NCBI GenBank assembly: GCA_003551905.1
Contig: PUNT01000031.1
Span: forward strand, 1-59,552
Source of the DNA: Halanaerobiales bacterium
GTDB taxonomy: Bacteria > Bacillota > Halanaerobiia > B1SED10-174
Length of the DNA stretch: 59,552 bases
Direction: 5' to 3'
Each line of letters begins with the position of its first letter. Position 1 is the stretch's first letter. The position numbers and the translations under genes are program-made. The notes under the pieces are model-generated. The model was not told the DNA's origin. It did not search any database and worked only from the letters and a program-made list of their open reading frames with translations. Shown here in pieces: positions 1 to 8,713 of the stretch.

Positions 1-146
1 CTGGAGAATATCGGGTCTATGCCTGGATAGATGTTTTAGGAAATGGGGAGATTGACCCAGGGGATTATTTGGTGGAATCTGATGAAATTCTATTCAGCGA
101 AGAAGAAACTCATAGTGTTGACCTTGTTTTAGAAGAATACAAATAG
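1..146 (+). CDS. 3' end of a CDS cut by the window edge; product unknown
   Basis: Frame open from position 3 to TAG 144-146 (...GEYRVYAWIDVLGNGEIDPGDYLVESDEILFSEEETHSVDLVLEEYK*), followed directly by a hairpin/T-run terminator. Confidence 0.4.
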   Translation, partial: GEYRVYAWIDVLGNGEIDPGDYLVESDEILFSEEETHSVDLVLEEYK

Positions 147-170
147 TTCCTTATGTAAGAAGCAGTAAGG

Positions 171-208
171 AAACCCCAGCCTCAAAAAAAGTGCTGGGGT
201 TTTCTTCT
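171..208 (+). terminator. Rho-independent terminator
   Basis: AAACCCCAGC (171-180) pairs with GCTGGGGTTT (193-202); T-rich tail follows. Confidence 0.6.
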
Positions 209-652
209 TAATCCATAATACGTGGGTTTATGAGCCCACTGTTTTTTGAGGCTGTTGTTGAGGAAGAAGACAATGGAGATTGGGAAGTGGTTGAGGTCTT
301 AGTGTGAAGTTGATTGAGTGCATTCTCAGACTGGGAGGAAAAAAGGAATGGGCGATAGAAATTTTAGCTGGGGGTTGATTGCTCTGAAAAGTTCCCAAAA
401 TAGAGCTGATTGTTTTGCTGTTCATGGAAATCGGTAGCATTTTCTAACGACAGGATTGATAGTTATGGTTAAGTGTTTTATATTTGAGCATACTAGGCCT
501 GCAGGAATGTTACGCGAATTGTTATAGGTTAGCCATTGAAATAGGGACAAGAATACTGCCCCTCTGTCCCAGGAAAGATAAGGTATGGGGCAGTGAATAT
601 TTTGGTATGGTTAGAAATAAAAAAACAGCGCTGTAATCAGTTTCATGGGTAC

Positions 653-1663
653 TTATTTTTTGAGGATCTGCCGGTAGACTTCCAGATAGTCCCTGGCCAT
701 ACGCATATCGGAAAAGCGGTTTTCCACTTCCTGTCGGCAGTCTTCTCGCCGCAGCGAAGAAACCTTTTCCACAACACCAGCAGCTTCATCCACGTTCGTA
801 ACCAAAAAGCCCGTCTCCCCATTTTTTATCAGTTCGGGCATACTACCCCGGGTGAAGGCAATAACTGGAGTCCCGCTTGCCATGGCTTCCACCACCGAAA
901 GACCAAAAGGTTCGTTGAAGTTAATAGGATGCAGCAAGGCGTAGGATTTCCCCAGCAATTCATTCCTGTTAATTGGGTCAACACTTCCAATGTATATTAC
1001 ATTTTCTCCGTCCAGATGAGGTTTTATCTCTTTTTCGAAGTAGTGTTGATCCTGGATAATGCCGGCTAGAATTAATTTCCGCTGGGCAATGCGGGCAATA
1101 TCTATGGCTTCCCTGGCCCCCTTATCTTGATGAATCCTCCCGAAAAATAGAAGGTCATGCCCTGGCTGGGGGTTAAAGGTGAAATCATCCAGGTCGATTC
1201 CATGATATATGGTAGCCTGGTAGGAAAGATGTGGAGAACGGTCAGCATTGCTAATGGATACATAATAACACTGGCTGTCGTACTTCTGGTACACTGGCAG
1301 GATTTTGGGAGATGAAAAACCGTGAATAGTAGTTAACACCGGTGTGTTTACCAGGTTGCTGTAAGTTAAAGGTAGAAAGTCAAAATGATTGTGAATAAGG
1401 TCAAATTCTTCTGCGCACTCGAATAGTTCTGAAATATGCAAGCATTCCCACACTTTCGGTTCCAGGGAGGGATCTTCTTCGTAAGCACGAGGGCAAACAG
1501 CGCGAAGTTCAGCGCTGGTTTCAGAATCAGCGGTAGCAAATAAGGTAACATTCACCCCAAGGTCAATAAGCTTCTCGGTTAAAAGCGAGACAACTCTTTC
1601 CCATGGGCCATAATGTCGCGGCGGTGTTCTCCAGGCAATGGGTGAAAGCATAGCAATATGCAA
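653..1663 (-). CDS. GT-B fold glycosyltransferase, family 4 (group 1)
   Basis: 336-aa ORF. N-terminal ...IAWRTPPRHYGPWE... and C-terminal ...EPFGLSVVEAMASGTPVIAFTRGSMPELIKNGETGFLV (E-x7-E type GT4 signature). TTG start preceded by AAGGAGAG. Confidence 0.85.
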   Translation of the reverse strand: MHIAMLSPIAWRTPPRHYGPWERVVSLLTEKLIDLGVNVTLFATADSETSAELRAVCPRAYEEDPSLEPKVWECLHISELFECAEEFDLIHNHFDFLPLTYSNLVNTPVLTTIHGFSSPKILPVYQKYDSQCYYVSISNADRSPHLSYQATIYHGIDLDDFTFNPQPGHDLLFFGRIHQDKGAREAIDIARIAQRKLILAGIIQDQHYFEKEIKPHLDGENVIYIGSVDPINRNELLGKSYALLHPINFNEPFGLSVVEAMASGTPVIAFTRGSMPELIKNGETGFLVTNVDEAAGVVEKVSSLRREDCRQEVENRFSDMRMARDYLEVYRQILKK

Positions 1664-1818
1664 AATAATTCTCTCCTTTTTTCTAGGGGGTAAAAAATAT
1701 TGCCTTAAGGCACAGCTCTCTTAAAAGTGAAATGGAAAACCCGGTTGTATGGTTGTTATAGCCGGGGTGGGATCAAGGACAGTTATTAACAGGTAAAAGC
1801 AATTTTCTAGCTATAGTG

Positions 1819-4089
1819 CTAGTGAAAACGCCCGATGAGCTCCCATCGGTAAAGGGCCACCAGACCAATAATAAAAGAAATGGTGGACTCGGCTCCCTTG
1901 TTTTTGCTTGGACCTTCTTGACTCAGCCCATCAGCACATTCGCCTGTAGAAGGGTTATAGAGGGGTTTGCCCAGGCGATTACGGCCCAGGTACCACTGAA
2001 AGGCGGCGTAAGCCAGATCCAGGTACTTATTTTGTTTGCTCAATGCTGTGGCAAGAAGACAGGTTTCTGTTAGGGACCCTGCGTCCAAAGGTTGCTGGCA
2101 GAACAAGGCCCTTTTTCTCCCTTTGAAGTACCAGCCCTGATTGCCGATGAGGTCAAAAAAACCATTCTGGTACTGGAGATCTATAAGAAAATCAAGGGCT
2201 TCTAGAGCTGTTGTCAGGTAGGCTGGCTCGGAAAAGTGTCTATATCCCAGGAGCAAAGCCTGGGGGAGGCGAGCGTTATCATATGTTAAGAAGTCTTCAA
2301 ACCAGGGCCACGAGCTTGAGGCATTTTCCCGGTAGCGTTTCAAAAGAGAATCAACGAGGAAACGAAGACCATCCTTTACTTCTTTTGATTCGGGATAGTG
2401 TAAAAGATAAGAGGACAGACCGCAAGCGCTATAAGCCTGGGCTCGAGTTTCAGTTAGTTTTTTCAAAGAAGGTATGCTGGCTTCTAACAACTCCTTGCCC
2501 AGTAGTCCCTGGTCACGGTTCTGGACAAGCCTGGCCACAGCGCCCAATCCCCACAAACACCTGCCAAAGGTGTCCTGGCTCAGTTCCTGGGTGGGAAATT
2601 CTCTCTGATAGTTCATATAGTTGTGAAACCACCCGTTTTCCTGCCGGGCATGAGAAAGGAAAGCCATATACTTGTCCACCAGGAATAGGACTGACTTATC
2701 CCTGAACATGTTAAAATAATCAGCGCAGGCCACCAGGGCCCGGGCTGCGTCATCGGAGGAATAATAATGGGAATAGTCCGGAATACCAAAGAGTGTATGC
2801 TGGACGATGCCCGTATCGTCTGTCAATGCCCTCAGGTAATTCAGGTTGATGGCTGGCAGGGTGTGCACACGGCCCTGTCGAAGGGTTTTTTTCTTTTTAG
2901 CCCGGTCCACCAGGTTCTCAAAGACCTCTAAGTACTGTCTGGATACCCGGCTCCAGCCCATCTGCTGGCCTAATATATAAGCCTGTCCGGCCAGGGAATT
3001 TCTCTTCTTGGGATCTTCAATTAGCTTGGTAACTGCTTTGGCCATCCCTGCAGGATCTTTGAAGTTGACCAGCTTACCCCGTCCTCCTGCCAGTGCTTCC
3101 CGGGCATGCAGGTACGGCGTGGAAATAATGGCCTTTCCTCTTCCAAGAGAATTACTTAAAACACCGCTGGTTACCTGCCCCCCAGAGTGATAGGGGCAAA
3201 CCACCACGTCTGCCGCTCCCAGATAGGAACCCAAGGTTTCATCATCAACAAAATCATTTATAAAAAGGACATTTTCCGCAATCCCCAGTTTCTTTACCAG
3301 AGACTCCAGTTTTTCCCGGTATTCTTCACCATGACGTTTTTTCACAACTGGATGAGTTATTCCCAGGACAATATACAGGACTTCTGGATGTTTTTTGACT
3401 ACAGATGGAAGGGCTTCCAGCATGATTTCAATGCCTTTGTTGGGGCTTATGAAGCCGAAAGTCAGGATTACAAAGCGTTCTTTCAGTTGTAGTTGATGCT
3501 TGTAATAGGAAGGGTCGATATATAAAGTGTCAGGAACACCGTGATGGATTAAGTGAATCTTGTCCTGTGGAATATCGTACAGGTCGGTCATAAAAGTAGC
3601 CGCTGTCTTGTTCATCACTACCAGGGCATTAGAAAAGGCAGCTACTTCAATGAATGCTGTATCCTGGCCGGGAGTGGGATTTTCCAGGACTGTATGGAAG
3701 GTTGTTACAACAGGTTTTTGTAAATTACTTAAAAACTCTACAATATTGATGCCATCAGGGCCTCCGAATAACCCAAACTCGTGCTGCAGAGAAACTGCAT
3801 CCACTTCCGAGGAATTGATGATTTCTGTGGCTATTTTGTAGTCTTCTATGTTGTCCTGTTCGATCTGATAGATAACACTGGGGGGATAATCGTAAGATTC
3901 GTTATTATTCAAGGCGACAAAACTGGTGGAACCTTGACCTATAAATTCTTCCAGTGCATTGCTCAAATTAGCCGAGAAAGTGGCGATACCACATTTCCGG
4001 GGCAGACAGGTGCTCACGAAGGCAATCTGTAAACGTTTTTTTACTTCCCGGGGACTGAACTGAGGTAATAACAAGAAAAAACCTCCCAA
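1819..4089 (-). CDS. Two-domain protein: N-terminal GT4-like glycosyltransferase plus ~350-aa C-terminal alpha-helical (six-hairpin/toroid-like) domain
   Basis: 756-aa ORF. Residues ~20-400 look GT-B/GT4 (QIAFVST..., ...VVVCPYHSGGQVTSGVLSNSLGRGKAIISTP...). The C-terminal half is W/Y/L-rich helical repeats (...WPWFEDFLTYDNARLPQALLLGY...). Start uncertain: TTG 4089 contains a GGGAGGT that would serve TTG 4074. Confidence 0.8.
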   Translation of the reverse strand: MGGFFLLLPQFSPREVKKRLQIAFVSTCLPRKCGIATFSANLSNALEEFIGQGSTSFVALNNNESYDYPPSVIYQIEQDNIEDYKIATEIINSSEVDAVSLQHEFGLFGGPDGINIVEFLSNLQKPVVTTFHTVLENPTPGQDTAFIEVAAFSNALVVMNKTAATFMTDLYDIPQDKIHLIHHGVPDTLYIDPSYYKHQLQLKERFVILTFGFISPNKGIEIMLEALPSVVKKHPEVLYIVLGITHPVVKKRHGEEYREKLESLVKKLGIAENVLFINDFVDDETLGSYLGAADVVVCPYHSGGQVTSGVLSNSLGRGKAIISTPYLHAREALAGGRGKLVNFKDPAGMAKAVTKLIEDPKKRNSLAGQAYILGQQMGWSRVSRQYLEVFENLVDRAKKKKTLRQGRVHTLPAINLNYLRALTDDTGIVQHTLFGIPDYSHYYSSDDAARALVACADYFNMFRDKSVLFLVDKYMAFLSHARQENGWFHNYMNYQREFPTQELSQDTFGRCLWGLGAVARLVQNRDQGLLGKELLEASIPSLKKLTETRAQAYSACGLSSYLLHYPESKEVKDGLRFLVDSLLKRYRENASSSWPWFEDFLTYDNARLPQALLLGYRHFSEPAYLTTALEALDFLIDLQYQNGFFDLIGNQGWYFKGRKRALFCQQPLDAGSLTETCLLATALSKQNKYLDLAYAAFQWYLGRNRLGKPLYNPSTGECADGLSQEGPSKNKGAESTISFIIGLVALYRWELIGRFH

Positions 4090-4199
4090 TGATTGGTAGT
4101 GTCATGTATTTTACCGGCTACACTAAATTATATCATATAATAGAGGGGATTATCATCTTTTTAGGGAAGTAAAAGAAAAAAGCTATTGGGGTGGTAGTA

Positions 4200-7100
4200 A
4201 TGACTGAGTTAGAGAATAAATATCGACAATCTATATTGCTAATCATGGAAAAAATATCTAAAGAAGTGGAAGTGGACTTAGTTATTGGCGTACCTTTTGT
4301 TAACAGGGGAAAAGATGTGCAAGGTGTCCTGTCTATTTTGGAGGCAGGCCTTGATACCTATTTCCCCAACCGTACAGTATTAATAATTTGCGCCATTAGC
4401 CCCTTCTCCAGTTCCAGCAAGCAGGTATTAGATAACTATGCCTCTAACCATGAAGAGCGTATTCTGGTAACATATCCGGATAAAGAAATATCTGACCGGG
4501 GGTGGATGATACGTAGCCTAATTGATGTGGCCCATAATTTGACTGCAGATCTGTTAATTCTGGAACCCAGCCTTTTAACTGCAAGAAGCAACGATTCACC
4601 AGAAGGATTGACGACTGACTGGATCGAGCTTATGTACCAACCTATCTACGAGGGTCATGCTAAATTTGTCCTTCCACGCTTCAAGCTGTCCCAGATAATC
4701 AACAACAGCATAGGCCACCACTTCTTATTCCCCCTTATGGCATCCCTTTTTAACCTGGAATTAAGAGGATGTCTGGGCGCGGGGATGGGCATCTCCCGTC
4801 ATTTACTGGGCGATATTGTTAATAAAATATCCAATCTTTCCAGTGATCTTTATGAATACGGCATTGATTACTGGCTCATAATACGGGCTCTGGAGCTAAA
4901 AGCGGATTTTGCCGAGGTGTTCCTGGGAAACAAGCCCTATGTTGCCCCACACATTGGACTTGGCTACATGTTCAGCCAGGCTGCCCAGGTGGTTTTTCAG
5001 TCCATAGGTCAAAGCTCACTTGTTTGGAAAAGAAATCCACAAGCTGTTAGATCAGCACTAACTATTGGCCCCAGAGAAAATCTTTTCCTTCAGGAGATTT
5101 CCCTGGAGCAACGGCCATACTTGAATAACTTCCGCCGGGGCTTTAGCCGGTATTATGATGCCGTCTGGTCCCGTATTTTTTCAGAAGAGCTTTCTATCCA
5201 GATCAGGAAAGCTGCTACCTGTGCCGAAGAAGATTTCTCCTTCCCCGCTGCCCTCTGGGCCGAGGCGACCTATGAATCTCTAATTTCCTATCACTTTAAC
5301 CCCAATCTGGAAAAAGAGGATTTGGCCAACAGTTTGACGCCTCTTTTTGAAGGTAGGCTGGCAGGTTTTTTAGGGGAGCTCGCCACCCCTACCCATTGCG
5401 GACTTGATGGGGTATCCGCCAGGGTTACAGCTTGCCCGTTTAATGCCAATAACAATCTGGCAGTCCAAGATGATGCTTTCATCAGTCGCAGACCTGCTTT
5501 TATAGAAAAATGGATCCCTCATAAAGAAGCCCTGAAACCCTTTTTACCAGAAATCTCTTATTGGGAGTATATCCCAGGGGTTCCCATTATTCTGCCCCAC
5601 ATGGTCCGTTCACCTTCAGGAAAAAGTGCCCGGGTGGCAGAAATTTACGAACAACTGTTGATAGAGTATAAAGAGGAGTTTAAAGTATTCACCCGGAAAA
5701 ATTTGGGGCTTTCCATCAAGGATAATTTTGAAAAAATTGGCCGGGGTGTACGCAATTTGGTGCAAAAAACAGAAGAAAATCTGGACCAGTTTTTATTGCC
5801 GGGCGATGTTCACTCCCAAAAGGATATTCAGGATATGGCGGATAAAATTATTAAACTCTATCCTTTTCCTGAAAGCCTCTCCTTGAATGAAGAGGTGGCC
5901 CAGCGATTGATCCGGGAGCATCCCCCACGAAACCTTATTACCCTCTGGGGTTACCAGGATACGGATGAGTTATTAAAATATCACAACCCCCTTGATGTTC
6001 TAGCCCTGGCTTCCTGGACCGAAGCTGCCCGTTATACTACCTGGAACAGCGAGTGGCTAAGGAAAAACTTGAAACCAGAGCATTTCCAGATGTCCCCCAT
6101 CAAGCCCCTGGTAGTAGATCACCTGGAGTTTCCTGCCCTGCTTGGAATGAAAGAAGCTCCCTCCTTAAACCATCTCACCAGCCGTATTCTCATCAACAAC
6201 CTGAGACCGGGCAGTGGTGGCAGTTTCCCCAAGGTACGCTTTTTGACCATTGTCTTGAAAAATATTATTGAAGCTGAGCAGTTTGGCATGATCTGGGAAT
6301 CATTTCAAAAAGACCATAGTAAAGATTTTGGAGAAAAAGTAGTTAATTCTATCGAAGGGCACTGGGGTACCAGCATGTTCTCGGCCCACAGCATTTTTGA
6401 GAACATTCAACATCGAATTCTTAAGGATAAACTCCTAGAAATTGCACGGCAGGACTGGGGTGTACAAAGTGAAGCTTTGGATGAAGCCCGGGAATTATTG
6501 GTTCAAATGGCTGCAGCGTACCATCTGGGGCTCACTTTACCGGGCGGTCATTTTATCACCTGTTCACTCTGGAGTTGGGCCAGTTACAGCTTTAAAGGAG
6601 GTAAAGGCGTTCCTACACCATTGTCCCTGATGATTGAGCGGCGCTGGTTCAACAGTGAGCTGTTTTTCCGTTGCTACGAAAAAGTAGAAGGAAGCCGCCA
6701 GGAAATATATTCTATAATTGAAGAGCTTATGGGTCAGGGCAGAGAACGAGAAGACCTAGCTGTCTCCTTCCTGGGAGCTCCAACTGATAGTGAGGACGTA
6801 ATTGTATATCAAAAAACCGAAAAAGATCCCCCACCAGCCGGCAAACTGACCCGAGCTCCCGTCAATCCTATTCTAACCCCGGTACCCCAACATCAATGGG
6901 AGTCAAAGTATGTCTTAAACTGTGGAGCTATAAGGGTCAATGGAGATGTTCATATTTTCTACCGGGCAGTAGGGGATGACGGGATCTCCCGTATCGGGCT
7001 TGCTCTTAGTAAGAACGGGTTGCAGGTAGATGAACGTCTCCATGGTCCTATTTTTTGCCCGGACCATGAAAGTGAAAAAATGGGCTGTGAAGATCCCAGG

Positions 7101-7799
7101 CTTATCAGCATGGAAGGCCGTGTATACATGCTCTACACTGCCTACGATGGAGTTACACCTCAAATCGCACTTGCATCTATTACAGAAGACGACCTGATCC
7201 AGCAGCGCTGGCAACACTGGCACCGGCATGGATTGGTTTTTCCCGGATTTCCCAACAAAGATGCAGTCTTGTTTCCGGAACGGTTTGGCGGTAAGCTGGC
7301 CATGTACCACCGCATTGCACCAAGTATCTGGGTGGCCTTCTCCGACACCTTCAATACACCCTGGCCCCGGGATGGTCATAAAATTATCATGGGCAGCCGC
7401 TCTGGCTTGATGTGGGATGCAGTAAAAATTGGTGCTGGCGCTCAGCCTCTTAAAACTCGCTACGGCTGGCTTTTGATTTATCACGGGGTGGACTACGGGC
7501 TCTGCTATCGTCTGGGTGTTTTCCTCACATCCTTAGACGATCCGGTGGAGGTGCTCTACCGCTCTCCCAACCATATCCTGGAGCCGGAAAAGTCTTTTGA
7601 AATTGGGGTTTCAGGCCATAGCTGGGTTCCAAACGTAGTCTTTACCTGTGGAGCCATCCCCGGTAAAGATAAGGCCATCCTGGATGATGACGATGAAATC
7701 CTGGTCTATTACGGGGGAGCAGCCACCGTTATCGGTGTAGCTTCTGCCCGGGTAGCTGATCTCATCCCTGCCAGGATTCGTGAGAATAGATCTGAGTAA
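4200..7799 (+). CDS. ~1200-aa multidomain protein: C-terminal GH130 (beta-mannoside phosphorylase/hydrolase-like) domain, large uncharacterised N-terminal region
   Basis: ORF track 4191..7799; ATG 4200 has a GGGGTGG SD 5 nt upstream. The last ~310 aa carry GH130/DUF377 hallmarks (...VLNCGAIRVNGDVHIFYRAVGDDGISRIGLALSKNG..., ...GCEDPRLISMEGRVYMLYTAYDG..., ...GWLLIYHGVD..., ...ILVYYGGAATVIG). Confidence 0.85.
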   Translation: MTELENKYRQSILLIMEKISKEVEVDLVIGVPFVNRGKDVQGVLSILEAGLDTYFPNRTVLIICAISPFSSSSKQVLDNYASNHEERILVTYPDKEISDRGWMIRSLIDVAHNLTADLLILEPSLLTARSNDSPEGLTTDWIELMYQPIYEGHAKFVLPRFKLSQIINNSIGHHFLFPLMASLFNLELRGCLGAGMGISRHLLGDIVNKISNLSSDLYEYGIDYWLIIRALELKADFAEVFLGNKPYVAPHIGLGYMFSQAAQVVFQSIGQSSLVWKRNPQAVRSALTIGPRENLFLQEISLEQRPYLNNFRRGFSRYYDAVWSRIFSEELSIQIRKAATCAEEDFSFPAALWAEATYESLISYHFNPNLEKEDLANSLTPLFEGRLAGFLGELATPTHCGLDGVSARVTACPFNANNNLAVQDDAFISRRPAFIEKWIPHKEALKPFLPEISYWEYIPGVPIILPHMVRSPSGKSARVAEIYEQLLIEYKEEFKVFTRKNLGLSIKDNFEKIGRGVRNLVQKTEENLDQFLLPGDVHSQKDIQDMADKIIKLYPFPESLSLNEEVAQRLIREHPPRNLITLWGYQDTDELLKYHNPLDVLALASWTEAARYTTWNSEWLRKNLKPEHFQMSPIKPLVVDHLEFPALLGMKEAPSLNHLTSRILINNLRPGSGGSFPKVRFLTIVLKNIIEAEQFGMIWESFQKDHSKDFGEKVVNSIEGHWGTSMFSAHSIFENIQHRILKDKLLEIARQDWGVQSEALDEARELLVQMAAAYHLGLTLPGGHFITCSLWSWASYSFKGGKGVPTPLSLMIERRWFNSELFFRCYEKVEGSRQEIYSIIEELMGQGREREDLAVSFLGAPTDSEDVIVYQKTEKDPPPAGKLTRAPVNPILTPVPQHQWESKYVLNCGAIRVNGDVHIFYRAVGDDGISRIGLALSKNGLQVDERLHGPIFCPDHESEKMGCEDPRLISMEGRVYMLYTAYDGVTPQIALASITEDDLIQQRWQHWHRHGLVFPGFPNKDAVLFPERFGGKLAMYHRIAPSIWVAFSDTFNTPWPRDGHKIIMGSRSGLMWDAVKIGAGAQPLKTRYGWLLIYHGVDYGLCYRLGVFLTSLDDPVEVLYRSPNHILEPEKSFEIGVSGHSWVPNVVFTCGAIPGKDKAILDDDDEILVYYGGAATVIGVASARVADLIPARIRENRSE

Positions 7800-8713
7800 G
7801 CTTGGTGGAACAGTATGGGAATAGAGGTATATTCACAACAAATTTTATTTTCACCGACAAAATAAAGAAAATATTAGGATACTAATTGCATGGATTATAA
7901 AAACTTATGAAGATATTACTTGCAAAAAATAACAAGTGAGAGAATTTCTTATCATGGTCAAGCCTGTTGGTATGTCAGCAATTGTAAAGTTCAACAAAAA
8001 ATATTTATATGAAATTTAAAAACCCCATAAATGGCAGCAGAGTTTTCCAGGTAATTTGGAAATAGGGATAGGATGCATTGGTGGCACCATTGGAGAAAAC
8101 GAATTTTCTATGGAGGCATTAAACAGAGAAGCGAAGAAATAGGGACAGAGGTTGAGTTAATTGAGTGGGATCAACCATTTTCGGTGAGTAGCGATCTGCA
8201 GGTTAGCAATAAAAGTCTTCAAGTAGAAGATAATTTATTCTTAACCTGGTATGAAAGAATGCAGAATATGTGTTTTTCAAGGTAAAGCCAGGAAGAGGCC
8301 TTTTCCAGAAGATTTGCCCGGGCGGTTGATAACAGATTTAGGCTTATTGAGGGACTGTATTGATAAGGGATTGTCAATAGAGGAGGGCCTGATAAGAGGT
8401 ATGGAGATTATATCAAGAGGATCAATACCGGCCAAAGGAATAATCAAGGGAGCAGGAATAGTTGAAATATTAGGAGAGCTCTATAAAAACCATAGGAGAA
8501 AAATAGAACACTTATTATAATAAGGACCAGAAATTTCAACTACACTCTTGGTTATACCCAATAGGAGATTGTTTTTATAATGTGGCAATAAAAATCCCTT
8601 TACTGAGTGGAGGGAGTTTTTTTATGTTTCAAAGGTAATTATCTGAAAATGGTGAATAATAATTTATAGAAATCCCCAATTTCTTTAATAACAAAAGTAT
8701 TGGAGGGTTAAAA

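Noticed and set aside
228-440. 70-aa minus-strand ORF in the first intergenic region
   Set aside because: It has no SD and a low-complexity Q/P/S-rich translation, and it is flanked by hairpins. It is treated as non-coding.
6915-7484. 189-aa minus-strand ORF (plus several 60-70-aa ORFs) inside the GH130 region
   Set aside because: It is antisense to a domain with strong family motifs and has neither an SD nor recognisable motifs. The same reasoning applies to the antisense ORFs within phoR (18239..18664, 18734..19249), clpP/clpX (42254..42808, 42558..42881), lon (48050..48517), the amidase gene (33122..33637) and others.
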